64,000 bases of DNA from positions 32,001 to 96,000 of the forward strand of contig CAWCFT010000006.1 of NCBI GenBank assembly GCA_963794945.1. The letters run 5' to 3'. The stretch comes from Endomicrobiales bacterium. GTDB lineage: Bacteria; Elusimicrobiota; Endomicrobiia; Endomicrobiales; CAWCFT01. The notes beneath the pieces were generated by a model that had not been told where the DNA came from, did not search any database, and saw only the letters and a program-made list of their open reading frames with translations. Both the position numbers and the translations under genes were made by a program. This document shows positions 21,197 through 33,240 of the stretch, in pieces (position 1 is the stretch's first letter; each line of letters begins with the position of its first letter).

Positions 21197-22236
21197 TTAT
21201 TTGTGAGCAACCAAAAGAATTGCCCTTGCTATCAACCCGCTAAGCAATGCCGTCACCGGAAGGGTAAGGACCCACGCGTATATGATCCTTAAGCCCACAG
21301 CCCACTTTACTGCTTTCATCCTTTTAGCGGTCCCGACACCCACGATGCTTCCGGTTATGGTGTGCGTTGTGCTTACCGGGACACCCATGGCAGAGAGCAA
21401 CCTTCGAGCACAAAGGACGCTGAAAGTTCAGCTGACGCTCCTTCTATCGGCCTTAGGTGTGAAAGCTTTTTACCGAGCGTTTTGATCACAGCCCGGCCAC
21501 CTACCGCCGTGCCGAGCGACATAGATAGCCCGCAGATAAGCATTACCCATATAGGGACGTTCACATTCTTAAATTCCGCCGTGCCGAAATAACCTCCTAC
21601 GAAAAGCAGGAGTGTTATTACGCCCATGACTTTCTGCGCGTCGTTCTGCCCGTGCATCAGCGACATCAATGAAGATGTGAATATCTGCAGTACCGAGGCG
21701 CCTTTGTTGACGAGTTTTGGGCGAAAAAATGAGGCTAACGAATAATTGATCGTTAATATGGCGTGCCCTATTATAAGGCCCGATATCGGTGAAATGAGCA
21801 TTGCCAGCATTACCTTCGTTATGCCGGACATCACTACCACTTTGAAACCGAATACGGAAACAGCCGCTCCAACAAGCCCTCCGATGAGCGCATGGGACCC
21901 GGAAACCGGCAGGCCCTTAAAAACAGTATATATCTCCCATAATATTGCCCCTAGCATAGCAGCCAATATCACGTACATGCCGTCACCGCTATTTATGACC
22001 GAAGGGTTGACTATACCGCCACCAATAGTTTTTGCCACTTTAGTGCTAAGTAAAGCTCCGGCGAAATTAAGCACCGCCGCAAGCATTATTGCCGTCGAAG
22101 GCCTTAATACTCGAGTCGAAATGGCGGTAGCAACGGAATTTGCAGTATCATGCCAGCCATTCGCAAAATCAAAGGTGAGAGCCACAATAATTACAGCCCA
22201 AACAAATACCGGTATATGCTGCATTGAAGCGATCAC
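21197..22236 (-). CDS. pit: PiT family inorganic phosphate transporter (frameshift near 21400)
   Basis: NGWHDTANSVAT, PVSGSHALIGG, HGQNDAQK, GVPVSTTH. Confidence 0.92.
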
Positions 22237-22255
22237 GAATGTTCCTTGAAAGCTG

Positions 22256-22889
22256 TTACGTATATTTAAATATTATGGACTCAACGTTCATGGCCGTCTG
22301 GTTGCATTTATCCAGCGCACGCTCCATCTCTTCAAGTATTTCCTTGAACTTTATGACATATAGCGGGTCTTTGCCGCCCTTGAAAAGCGAGGCCAGGACA
22401 TCATGATATATCTTGTCGCCTTCCTCTTCATAATATTTTATACTTTTGCATATTTCAAGCACTTTTCTGTCAAGTTTCTCTCCTGAAACAGCGCGTATTG
22501 CGTTCGCCGTCTCATGACATGCCTGGTCCAGTTTATTAGTCAAGTTTACCACATCCGGCAGCATTTCGGTCACGCTGTAAAGAGATGTCCTTCTCGCCGC
22601 GGCATCCATAAAATCTATTATATCATCGAGGTCTGAAGCAAGCTTATGAATATCTTCCCTGTCGTAATTTACGATAAATGTCCCCTCGAGCCAGTTCATA
22701 AGTTCGTGAGTGATATTATCAGACTCATGTTCGATATCTTTCATCTTGTTCACCCAATCTTCGACGCCGGTTACGTTAAAAGCATTTATGAACCTGGTGA
22801 ACTCATCAGAACGCCTTATCAAGGACGGTGGCGTAGCCGAGCATGTATTTTTCGAATTCAGTTTCTCTGCAAAAGAATTTCTTGAACAT
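22256..22889 (-). CDS. DUF47 phosphate transport regulator (frameshift near 5' end)
   Basis: EHESDNITH, DREDIHKLASDLDDIID, EEEGD; adjacent to pit; ATG 22889 with GAGG RBS. Confidence 0.88.
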
Positions 22890-22909
22890 TGATTTTCCTC
22901 TAAAAAATG

Positions 22910-24436
22910 TTACTCCCATTCGATAGTAGCGGGCGGCTTCTGCGAGATATCGTAAACCACGCGGTTGACACCGCGGACCTCATTGATTATCCTGTTCGAT
23001 ATCTTCCCTAATAGCTCGTATGGCAGCTTCGCCCAATCAGCGGTCATGGCGTCAGCCGATTCAACTATCCTTAAAGCTATAACGTTCTCATACGTGCGGC
23101 AGTCACCCATCACCCCTACGGTTTTTACCGGGAGTATGACAGCGAACGCTTGCCAGAGTTTTTCGTACAGACCGGCATTTCTTATTTCGTTTTCAACTAT
23201 GAGGTCGGCTTTACGCAATATGTCCAGGCGTTCTTTAGTAACTTCTCCCAGCACCCTTATCGCGAGGCCTGGCCCGGGGAACGGCTGGCGGGTGAGGATT
23301 TCGGTCGGGATGTTCAGCTCTTTACCCAGTTCCCTGACCTCATCTTTAAAAAGGAATTTCAGAGGTTCAACGAGTTTCATCTTCATTTTCGCGGGCAAAC
23401 CGCCGACATTGTGGTGGGATTTTATCACGGCGGACGGCCCTTTTACTGAAACACTTTCGATGACGTCGGGATAAAGCGTGCCCTGCATTAGGTAATCGAC
23501 TTTCTTGAGCTTCTTCGCTTCGTCGTCAAAAACCGCTATGAATTCATGCCCGATTATTTTTCTTTTTCTTTCCGGGTCCGTAACACCCGCAAGCTTTTTA
23601 AGGAACCTATTGCTTGCGTCCGCGACAATGAGGTTATTCTTGAATTTCTTTCCGAATATCTTTTTTACCCTCTCTTTCTCGCCTGAACGCAGTACGCCAT
23701 TATCGACAAAAACGCAGGTCAGCTGGCTGCCCACGGCCTTGTGGACAAGGACAGCAGCTACGGAAGAGTCCACTCCGCCCGAAAGCCCGCAAAGCACTTT
23801 ACCTTTTCCGACCTTCAGTTTGATGCGTTTTAGCTCTTCAGAGATAAAGTTATGCATGGTCCAATCGGCTTTCGCACCGCAGACCCCGAACACGAAATTC
23901 TTGAGGATATCTTTTCCTTGCACGGTATGTTTTACTTCGGGATGGAATTGCACGCCGTAGATCTGGCGTTTCCGGTCGGCTATAGCAGCGAAAGGAGAGT
24001 TAGCGGTTGTCGCGATCTTCTCGAAACCCCGGGGCATCTTCGAGAGAGAGTCACCGTGGCTCATCCATACAGTCGGATCCGTGATGTTACCAAATAATGA
24101 TTTTCTTGTCTTTATATTGAGCTTCGCAAGCCCGTATTCGCGATGGTTGGAACGTTTTACCTTGCCGCCATACTGCTCCGCGATGAGCTGCATGCCGTAA
24201 CAGATGCCGAGTATCGGCACTCCAAGGTTCCAGACCCTACCGTCAGGCCACGGCGCGTTCTTTTCATAAACAGACGAAGGTCCGCCTGAGAGTATGACAC
24301 CCCTGACATTTTCAAGCGACCCAAACGTCTTTATATCCCTGTTGCCCGGATATATCTCGCAATAAACTTTTAATTCCCTTATCCTGCGCGCGATCAACTG
24401 CGTGTACTGTGACCCAAAATCAAGAATTAATATCAT
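22910..24436 (-). CDS. guaA: GMP synthase
   Basis: [43 protein letters not shown]. Confidence 0.98.
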   Translation of the reverse strand: MILILDFGSQYTQLIARRIRELKVYCEIYPGNRDIKTFGSLENVRGVILSGGPSSVYEKNAPWPDGRVWNLGVPILGICYGMQLIAEQYGGKVKRSNHREYGLAKLNIKTRKSLFGNITDPTVWMSHGDSLSKMPRGFEKIATTANSPFAAIADRKRQIYGVQFHPEVKHTVQGKDILKNFVFGVCGAKADWTMHNFISEELKRIKLKVGKGKVLCGLSGGVDSSVAAVLVHKAVGSQLTCVFVDNGVLRSGEKERVKKIFGKKFKNNLIVADASNRFLKKLAGVTDPERKRKIIGHEFIAVFDDEAKKLKKVDYLMQGTLYPDVIESVSVKGPSAVIKSHHNVGGLPAKMKMKLVEPLKFLFKDEVRELGKELNIPTEILTRQPFPGPGLAIRVLGEVTKERLDILRKADLIVENEIRNAGLYEKLWQAFAVILPVKTVGVMGDCRTYENVIALRIVESADAMTADWAKLPYELLGKISNRIINEVRGVNRVVYDISQKPPATIEWE

Positions 24437-24475
24437 TGATTACCTTTCTAGATATATTTTTGCACTTATTCCGAA

Positions 24476-25636
24476 CTATTTACACATACCGATCTTCTGG
24501 GCCTTCTGGAACAGCTTGCCTTCGTGCTTTATGTCAGGCGCTATTATAAGCTCGACCATCTGCATCTCTCTGATGTTCTTTGCCCCAACAGTTCCCATGC
24601 AGGTTTTGAGTGCGCCCACAAGGTTCTGTGTGCCGTCATCAAGCCTCGCCGGCCCGTAAAGTATCTCTTCAAGCGGCCCTGTTACTCCAACCCTTACCCT
24701 TGTGCCTCTGGGGAGATTATGATGAGGAGTCGCCATGCCCCAGTGAAAGCCTCTGCCGGGCGCTTCTTCGGTACGGGCGAACGCAGAGCCGACCATTACG
24801 GCATCCGAACCGGACGCGAAAGCCTTGCATATATCTCCACCTGAACTCATTCCGCCATCCGTAATAATTGATACATATTTACCTGATTTTTTGAAATAGA
24901 AATCTCTGGCAGCAGCGCAGTCAACGGTTGCCGTAACCTGGGGAACGCCTATACCCAAAACACCGCGCGACGTGCAGGCCGACCCCGGCCCGACGCCGAC
25001 AAGCAAAGCCGCGCATCCGCACTCCATAAGCTCAAGCGCCGCCTCATATGTAACTACGTTGCCGATTATTACTGGTATCTTCATGTCCAAGCAGAATTTC
25101 TTGAAATCCATCGCCTGATACTGAGTTGTTATGTGCCTCGCGGTAGTAACCGTCGACTGCACTACAAAGAGGTCGGCGCCTGCTTCCTGCGCCAGCTGGC
25201 CGAAACGGACTGCGTTGGCCGGAATGCACGAAACAGCGGCGTATCAGCCGCCTTTTTTTATCTCTTTTACGCGCTGGCCTACAAGTTTTTCTTTGATAGG
25301 TTCTTTATATATGTCCTGGACAAGCGCCGTAGCTTCTTCGGGAGAAGCTGACGCGATCTTGTCAAGTATTATCTCGGGTTTTTCGTAACGGGTCTGTATG
25401 CCGTCCAAATTGAGTACCGCGAGCCCGCCCTGTTTGCCCATGGCGATTGCGAACTTCACGTCAACAACACCGTCCATGGCGCTGGCTAGGAACGGTATGT
25501 CGAGCTTGACATTGCCCAGGCTTACTGCGATCTCCACTTCTTCGGGGTTCACCGTAATATTGCCCGGAACGATAGCTATCTCATCAAATCCATAAGCCCT
25601 GCGGGCTTCCCTGTCACGTCCGATAAAAAATGCCAT
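24476..25636 (-). CDS. guaB3: GuaB3-family IMP dehydrogenase-related protein (frameshifts about 25160-25250)
   Basis: IGRDREARRAYGFDEIAIVP, SAMDGVV, GVGPGSACTSR, HWGMATP. Confidence 0.88.
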
Positions 25637-25652
25637 TTACAACCTCCAGTTG

Positions 25653-25720
25653 TAAGCTATAAGAAATAAGCTATAAGAGTGATTTTTCTTACAGCTTAAA
25701 AACTTATGGCTTATTGCTTA
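25653..25720. repeat. Heptamer inverted-repeat element between dcd and guaB3
   Basis: taagcta taagaaa taagcta taaga ... ttttctta cagctta aaaactta tggctta ttgctta. Confidence 0.88.
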
Positions 25721-25722
25721 GT

Positions 25723-26274
25723 TTATATTTTTGCGTGTGTGATATCTTTCTGCGCCTGATACTTTCCTTTTTTATCCGCGTATGATGTCTCGCAAACTTC
25801 ATCAGACTCAAGGAAAATCACTTGCGCGATACCTTCGTTGACGTACAGTTTGGCCGAAGCAGGCGATGTGTTTGATATGCTCATAGTAACATATCCCTCC
25901 CACTCAGGCTCAAAAGGAGTGACGTTCACTACAACACCGCACCGGGCATACGTTGATTTTCCGAAGCATATGGTAAGGATCTTACGCGGAATCCTGAAAT
26001 ACTCGACCAAACGGGCGAGAACGAACGAATTAGGCGGCAACTCAATATATTCCTTCGCCTTAACTTCGCGGAACAGAGCCGGATTGAATTTCTTTGGATC
26101 AAGCAGGTCGTTCTTCGAACCGTCAAATATCTTGAACTCATCAGCCACACGCATATCGTAGCCGTAAGATGACACTCCAAACGATATCTTCCCGTCTTTG
26201 ACCTGCTCAGGCGCGAAAGGCTCTATCATACCCTTCGCCCCCATCTCCCTTATCCACTTATCGTTTTTAATCAT
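25723..26274 (-). CDS. dcd: dCTP deaminase
   Basis: [35 protein letters not shown]. Confidence 0.95.
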   Translation of the reverse strand: MIKNDKWIREMGAKGMIEPFAPEQVKDGKISFGVSSYGYDMRVADEFKIFDGSKNDLLDPKKFNPALFREVKAKEYIELPPNSFVLARLVEYFRIPRKILTICFGKSTYARCGVVVNVTPFEPEWEGYVTMSISNTSPASAKLYVNEGIAQVIFLESDEVCETSYADKKGKYQAQKDITHAKI

Positions 26275-26284
26275 TAGTTTATTT

Positions 26285-28584
26285 TTACCAACATTTACTG
26301 TAGCCGCAGCCCCTACAAACCACGCAGCCTTCGCCGAATTCAAGCATTTCGCCGCACTCGGGACACTGGGGGCATGAGCCAACCAGGTTCTGTTTGTTAA
26401 TGCTCACTGGTATAGCGGGTTTTACGTCCTCACCCGAAGCTGGTAGAGGCCGGTTAACGAACAACCCCGGTACTGATCTATCTTTTATATAGTTATCCAA
26501 GGCCTTGGCTATAGCATCAGCGCAGGACAATATGGCCCCGCCCTCAGCCAGTGTCGGTGACGGACAGCGTATGCCCTTGAGTTGGTATATTATTTCTTCC
26601 TGGCTTATGCCGGAACGCAGTGCCAACGAGATCAAGACGGCTGACGGCTTCCGCCTGCGAGGCCGTACACCCGCCTGACTTGCCGAGCTGCGTGAACACT
26701 TCGCACGCACCCTGCTCGTCTTCGTTGACCGTGACATACATCTTTCCGCAGCCAGTGTGCATGAGTAGTGTGGACCCGCGGGTGACCTTCGGGCGCAGTC
26801 TAGGGCGTCTCTCTTTGTACTCTACTTTCGCGCCGGCTTTCTTGCTGCCAACGTTTAAGACCTGCTCGTCCCGCGAACCGTCCCTGTAGACAGTTACGCC
26901 TTTGCAGCCGAGTTTGTAGGAAAGCTCGTATGCTTTTTCAACGTCTTCCTTAGTCGCGGTGTGGCCGAAGTTCACTGTCTTTGAAACCGCGTTATCTGTA
27001 TATTTCTGGAAGGCCGCCTGCATTCTTATGTGGTCTTCTGGGGAGATATCGTGGGAAGTTATGTAGACCTTCTTTACCTTATCAGGTATTTCCTTGAATT
27101 CCTTGATGCTGCCTTTTTCAGCTATTTTATCGATGAGTTCTTTCGAGTAAAAGCCCATATCCTTCGCCGTCTTTTCAAAGTAGGAGTTGACTTCGTACAT
27201 GTCCTGGTTATCAAGGCAGTTAGAACGCTTGTAGACCACAGCGAAATTCGGCTCTATGCCTCCGGAAGCTCCTGCGATTATACCTATCGTCCCGGTTGGG
27301 GCGATGGTTGTAAGCGTAGCGTTGCGCCGGGGGTCGCCGCTCGCGTAGACGCTCTTTTTAAAGTTAGGGAAAGCGCCTCTTTTGAGGGCGAGGTCTTCCG
27401 ACGTGCTCGCTGCCTTATCGTGGATGAACATCATGACTTTCTCGGCAAGTTTCAGTGCTTCGTGAGAGTTGTACGGTATGTTCATCTGAACCAGCATGTC
27501 CGCCCAGCCCATGACTCCAAGCCCTATCTTGCGGTTGGCCCTTGTCATTTCTTCTATCTTCTTTATGGGGAAATTATTCATGTCTATAACGTTGTCAAGG
27601 AAGTGAACTGCGGTCCTTGTGACCTTCTCTAGGCGGTCCCATTCGATAGTGCCGTTAGTGACGAAGTGGGAAAGGTTTATCGAGCCGAGGTTGCACGACT
27701 CGTAAGGAAGGAGCGGTTGTTCACCGCAGGGGTTTGTGGACTCTATCGCGCCTATCGCTGGAGTGGGGTTGCCGTCGTTCATCCTGTCAATGAAAACTAT
27801 CCCCGGCTCGCCGTTCTTCCAGGCCTGGTCTACTATTTTTTCCATAACTTCCTTGGCCTTGAGCTTTCCGGCTTCTTCTTTTGTCCTTGGGTTGTAGAGG
27901 CTGTACTCGGAATCGTCTTCCAGTGCATCCATGAACTCTTTAGTTATGCCTACCGATATGTTGAAATTGTTGAGGCTGTCATTCTTGGTTTTGCAGCTTA
28001 TGAAATCCATTATATCCGGGTGGTCTACGCGAAGTATGCCCATATTGGCGCCGCGGCACGTGCCGCCCTGCTTTATCGCTTCAGTTGCCGCGTTGAAAAC
28101 CTGCATGAAAGATACCGGCCCAGATGATACTCCGCTGGTCGAGTTTACTACGTCCCTGCTGGGGCGAAGCCTCGAGAAAGAGAAGCCCGTGCCGCCGCCT
28201 GACTTGTGTATGAGCGCTGTGTTTTTTAGAGTTTCAAAGATTGAGTCCATGGAGTCTTCTATTGGCAGGACAAAACACGCAGGAGAGCTGCTGCAGCGGG
28301 CGCCCCGCATTCATAAGTGTTGGCGAGTTAGGCAGAAAGTCCATAGTCGCCATCGCGACGTAGAATTCCTGCGCCGCCATTTCCACATCGGCGTTGGCAT
28401 CGTAATTCTTGTCTGCCTGGGCTATGTTCTCGGCAACTCTCCAAAAAAGCTCTTCGGGCTTTTCGGATACCTTGCCTTCGATATCCTTTCTCAGATACCG
28501 CTTTTCCAGCACAGTAAGCGAGTTTGACGTTACAACCGGTTTAACCTTTGCCAACAGCTCTTCGCGACTTGCACTCATGACCAT
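26285..28584 (-). CDS. nrdJ: Class II (B12-dependent) ribonucleotide reductase with fused TSCPD domain and Zn ribbon (frameshifts near 28300 and 26630)
   Basis: [88 protein letters not shown]. Confidence 0.93.
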
Positions 28585-28609
28585 TCTCTCCTCCGCGTTA
28601 CTTCAGGGA

Positions 28610-28686
28610 TAAGGGGCAAGGGTTAAGGGGTAAGTAAATTCTTTTTTGCTATTTCACTTACCGCTTACCGCTTATCACTTACCGCT
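28610..28686. repeat. Heptamer inverted-repeat element (G-rich subtype) between nrdR and nrdJ
   Basis: taagggg caagggt taagggg taagtaa ... ttcactta ccgctta ccgctta tcactta ccgctg. Confidence 0.88.
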
Positions 28687-28693
28687 GTATTAA

Positions 28694-29173
28694 TTAAACT
28701 TTCATTTTCTGCTGCTGTTTTGCGTGCTCTTTCTTCAACTTCTTAAGCTCGTCCATGAACGTGTCAATGTCGCCGAACTGACGGTACACTGACGCGAACC
28801 TTATATACGCTACAAGGTCCAAGTCCCAGAGTTTTTCCAGAACTTTGTCCCCTATGACTTTGCTCGGCACTTCCATCACATAATCCTGCAACGCGTATTC
28901 TACTTCACTTACTATTTTTTCGATGGCATCGGACGATATGGGCCTTTTCTCGCAGGCTGTCAAGATACCAGACCTGAGCTTTTCCCTGTCGAATGGTTCG
29001 CGCCGCTGATCGGATTTTACAACTGCCAGTGAAACGTCTTCGGGCCTCTCGTAGGTAGTGAAGCGTTTATGGCATTCAATGCACTCACGCCTTCTGCGGA
29101 TAGCGGAAGAGTGATCGTGCGGCCTTGAATCAATCACCTGATCGTCAAAACTTCCGCAAAATGGGCATTTCAT
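28694..29173 (-). CDS. nrdR: Transcriptional repressor NrdR
   Basis: [29 protein letters not shown] cone, AYIRFASVY. Confidence 0.97.
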   Translation of the reverse strand: MKCPFCGSFDDQVIDSRPHDHSSAIRRRRECIECHKRFTTYERPEDVSLAVVKSDQRREPFDREKLRSGILTACEKRPISSDAIEKIVSEVEYALQDYVMEVPSKVIGDKVLEKLWDLDLVAYIRFASVYRQFGDIDTFMDELKKLKKEHAKQQQKMKV

Positions 29174-29329
29174 TTTTGCAGACACCTCCCGAGATTGATC
29201 ATTATGGAAAAAGATAAGGCATAATGAGGCTGGTTTTTGCGCGCGGTTGTAGCAGGCCCTGCATTATATGTGGAAAGTATGTCTATTATTTTAAATGGCA
29301 TAAAACCTGTTTTTTTCGGTCTTTTTGAA

Positions 29330-29461
29330 ACACTACATCTTGTGGTTTCTAAATCCTATAACATATATGTAGGATTGTCAAGAAAAAAACAAAACCTAAT
29401 ATTTTGGGTCAAATACACTACATATTAGGTCTCAATGTATAATAGATACTATATTTAGTGA
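29330..29461 (-). promoter_or_regulatory. NrdR boxes (two tandem pairs) overlapping a sigma70 promoter
   Basis: acactacatcttgtgg 29330-45, aacatatatgtaggat 29360-75, acactacatattaggt 29415-30, atactatatttagtga 29446-61 versus consensus acaCwAtATaTwGtg; minus-strand TTGACA (29381-76) N17 TAGGAT (29358-53). Confidence 0.85.
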
Positions 29462-29773
29462 TGCTTGTCAAGTGTACAAAAAAATATATTTTTCTGATTT
29501 ATAAATATTATTTTGAGACGGAAAATAACAAGCCTGCGGCTGGATTAATTATTTTAAAAAAAGCGCATCATTAATAAAATGTTAATGGATTGTTAATTTG
29601 ATATTAATAAAATCTGAAAAAGAGCTGAACTAATTTTCAACGACCTTCGCGAAATAACTAAAACCCGTAAGACTAAGCCTCCTGTTTGCAATATTTCTTG
29701 CAGACTGAACCATCCGTTCTTTATTTTTTGGGTTCCAAAGCCTATCCTTATGTTCTGGCACATCCTGCCACAC

Positions 29774-32575
29774 CTATTTCAAATAAGGCTTGAGGTATTT
29801 TCCGGTATGCGACTCAGGGGTATTGACAATCTCGTCAGGAGTACCCTGCACTACAAGTTGGCCGCCCCTCTCTCCCCCTTCGGGCCCCAGGTCTATTATC
29901 CAGTCTGCGGTCTTTATAACCTCGAGGTTATGCTCAATTACCAGCACAGTGTTACCGGTGTCCGCAAGCCTGTGCAGAACGCTCAGCAGTTTCTCGACAT
30001 CCGCGAAATGTAGTCCGGTCGTAGGCTCGTCAAGGATGTAGAGTGTCCTTCCAGTCGCCCGCTTTGAGAGCTCTGAAGCAAGCTTCACCCTTTGCGCCTC
30101 GCCGCCTGAAAGCGTTGTGGCCGGCTGGCCCAGCTTTATATATCCCAAACCCACGTCATTAAGCGTCTCAAACATCCTCTGCAGAACGGGGATATTCTTA
30201 AAGAATTCGACGCCTTCTTCGACCGTCATGTTCAGTACTTCGTCAATGTTCTTGCCCTTGTACTTTATCTGGAGAGTTTCTTCATTGAACCTTTTGCCTC
30301 CGCACACCTCGCAGTGGACGTAAACGTCCGGCAGGAACTGCATCTCTATCTTGAGAGTGCCGTCGCCCTGGCAGTTCTCGCACCTTCCGCCTTTGACATT
30401 GAACGAGAACCTGCCCGGCTGGTAGCCTCTCGCTTTTGCTTCCTGTATCTGGGAGAATAGTTCCCTGATAGGCCCGAAAGCGCCAGTGTAGGTAGCCGGG
30501 TTGGAGCGCGGGGTACGGCCTATGGGAGACTGGTCAACTATGATCACCTTGTCCAAATGTTCCGTACCTAGCAGCGCCCTATGCTTTCCCGGTGTGTCTT
30601 TGGCACCGTAGAGTTTCTTCGCTAGCGACTTGAATAGCACTTCGTGAACGAGCGTTGATTTGCCCGACCCTGAAACACCAGTTATGCAGACACAGGTCCC
30701 TAGCGGTATCTTGACATCAATATTTTTGAGGTTGAACTGGGCTGCTCCTTTAATCTCAAGCACTTTTCCCGAGCCTTTACGCAGCTTTTTAGGCACAGGG
30801 ATCTTTAAGTCGCCGTTAAGGTATTGCGCCGTGAGAGATCTCTTATTCTTTAATATCTTTTCCGGTCGGCCCCTCAGCCACTATCTCTCCGCCGTGTATG
30901 CCTGCGCCGGGCCCGAGGTCTATTATCCAGTCCGCGACTCGCATTGTTTCCTCGTCGTGTTCTACCACTATAAGGGTGTTGTCAAGGTCTCTTAGCTTAA
31001 AAAGCGTCTCGAGCAGGCGCTTATTGTCCCGCTGATGAAGGCCGATGGAGGGTTCGTCCAATACATATAGTACACCCGTAAGGCCCGAGCCTATTTGTGT
31101 GGCAAGGTGTATCCTCTGGGCCTCGCCTCCGGCCAGAGTAGCGCTTTCGCGGTCAAGCGTAAGGTAGCCCAGGCCTACATTGATAAGGAATTCAAGCCGC
31201 GCGTGGATCTCTTTCATTATAACCTTGCTTATGGCTTTTTCTTTATCCGTAAGCGGGAGCGCCTTGAAGAAATCCCTGGCGGCAAGGACCGACATGGCCG
31301 TAAGCTGAGAGATATTTATTTTCCCCAGTTATAACGCTCAGTGCTTCTTTTTTTAGTTTCGCGCCTTTGCAAGTAGGGCATACGCGCCTTCTCATGTACT
31401 GGGCGTATATGGCTTCGCGGACATATTCGGACTCGGTCTCCTTGTAGCGCCGCTCCATGTTCCCGATAACTCCTTCGAAATCACCATCGCCGAAAAGCAG
31501 TATCTCCTGCTGTTTGCGGGTAAGCGTTTTCCAGGGCTTGTTCTGCGGTATACCGTTGCCGGCGGGTCACATCATTTATCATTTCCTGGTAGTATCCGCC
31601 CCACGCACCTTTCCAGCGGTGTGTGCGGGTAGTTATGGGGTTTGACCAAGGCACCAGGGCACCTTCTTCCACAGAAAGGGATTCATCCGGCACGACAAGC
31701 CCTTCGTCTATCTCTATCTTTGTGCCAAGACCCGTGCATTCCGGGCATGCGCCGAACGGCGAGTTGAACGAAAAAAGGCGCGGCTCTATCTCCGGCAGGC
31801 TTATGCCGCAGTCCACACACGAGTGGTGTTCACTAAAGAACCGTTCGCTTTTAAGTTTTCCGTCATCCGCAAGCAAAAGTGCGAGGCCCTTTGATTCCTT
31901 CAAAGCGGTCTCTACTGAGTCAGCTATCCTTGCTCTCGAATTCGGTGCCACAACTATCCTGTCTATGACGAGCTCAATGGTGTGTTTTTTGTATTTGTCT
32001 AGTTTTATCTGTTCTGTAAGATCGTAAATCTTGCCGTCAACCCGTGCGCGGACGTAACCGGATTTCGAGAGCCTCTTGAAGAGCTCCTCATAAGTGCCTA
32101 TCCGGCCGCGAACCAGCGGGGAGAGTATCTGTATGTTTGTCCCAGCAGGCATTCTCATTACCTCATCTATAATTTGCTGGGAGGACTGCGGCTTTATCTC
32201 TTTGCCGCACTCAGGGCAGTGCGGCACTCCGATGCGGGCATAAATAAGGCGGAGGTAATCGTATATCTCGGTGACCGTGCCGACCGTTGAACGTGGGTTA
32301 TGGGAAGGCGTCTTCTGCTCTATGGCAATAGCCGGGGAAAGGCCCTCTATGATATCAACATCAGGCTTATCCATGAGCTCGAGGAACTGCCGGGCGTATG
32401 CTGAGAGGGACTCGACGTACCTCCTCTGTCCTTCCGCGTATATAGTGTCAAAAGCAAGCGATGACTTGCCGGAACCCGAGAGACCGGTTATGACAACGAG
32501 CTTATTCCTCGGTATCTCTAGGTTAATATTTTTCAAATTGTGCTGGCGCGCGCCGCGTATGATTATCTTTTCCAT
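29774..32575 (-). CDS. uvrA: Excinuclease ABC subunit A (several frameshifts)
   Basis: [67 protein letters not shown] across four ORFs. Confidence 0.96.
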
Positions 32576-32714
32576 AGTAGATTTACCTATCACTCTGCCT
32601 GACAATACGCCAGGGAAGCCGTTTATTGATGTCCTTTTTAGATTATAGCAAATCTCGTATAATTAGGGTACCGGTTTACAGGCGGGACGTTTGCGGAAGT
32701 TTTGTCTGCCGGAT

Positions 32715-33170
32715 TCAAATATATAAAGATATCATCTTATTGATCAGTTCGACCAGCGGTTTTAGCAGCCTGTCTGTAGCCCTTATTGTAACCACGGTTT
32801 TCTTGTGCGTGTCCATTGATTGCCTCAGTTCCCTGGTTATACGCATAACCGGCAAAACAAGGTCGTGCAGCACGAGATAGAGAATTACTGCGCTTAGAGC
32901 TATTATGAGGACTATATTAGAGAGCGCCACTATTATATAGGCCGTCACGAACTTAGAAGCGGAGTTCATAGAGCTTGTCGGGGAAAGCCCGTAGTTGGTA
33001 AAGCTTGCCCTGGTCATCAAAGACTGGAGTCCGAAATATAATATGGTAGAACTTACCACAATGACAAAACCTACCGGTAAAAGCGTTTTAAAATAGAGCC
33101 ATTTGAGTATTTTACTCTCTTCAGGGCTAAGAATAACTCTTTTTCGTTTTTCCGGCTTCGACTCTTCCAT
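32715..33170 (-). CDS. Two-TM membrane protein with degenerate HAMP-like tail
   Basis: 151 aa, two hydrophobic segments, C-terminal PVMRI...IRATD..L...IN pattern. Confidence 0.65.
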   Translation of the reverse strand: MEESKPEKRKRVILSPEESKILKWLYFKTLLPVGFVIVVSSTILYFGLQSLMTRASFTNYGLSPTSSMNSASKFVTAYIIVALSNIVLIIALSAVILYLVLHDLVLPVMRITRELRQSMDTHKKTVVTIRATDRLLKPLVELINKMISLYI

Positions 33171-33240
33171 TTTTTCCTCCCGGCATTTTAGATATAACTC
33201 GCAAACGTTCTTTATACCAAAAATCCGCTAAGGAGAAGTA

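Noticed and set aside
28050..28070. GGTCRGANM instead of the usual GGTRRGANM in NrdJ
   Set aside because: Single-base difference in an error-prone sequence; cannot be trusted without reads.
2444..28686. Heptamer arrays as CRISPR
   Set aside because: No 25-45 bp repeats with unique spacers and no cas genes; units are 7 bp and arranged as inverted arms.
32576..32714. LexA/SOS box upstream of uvrA
   Set aside because: No palindrome matching a LexA consensus that I can recognise.
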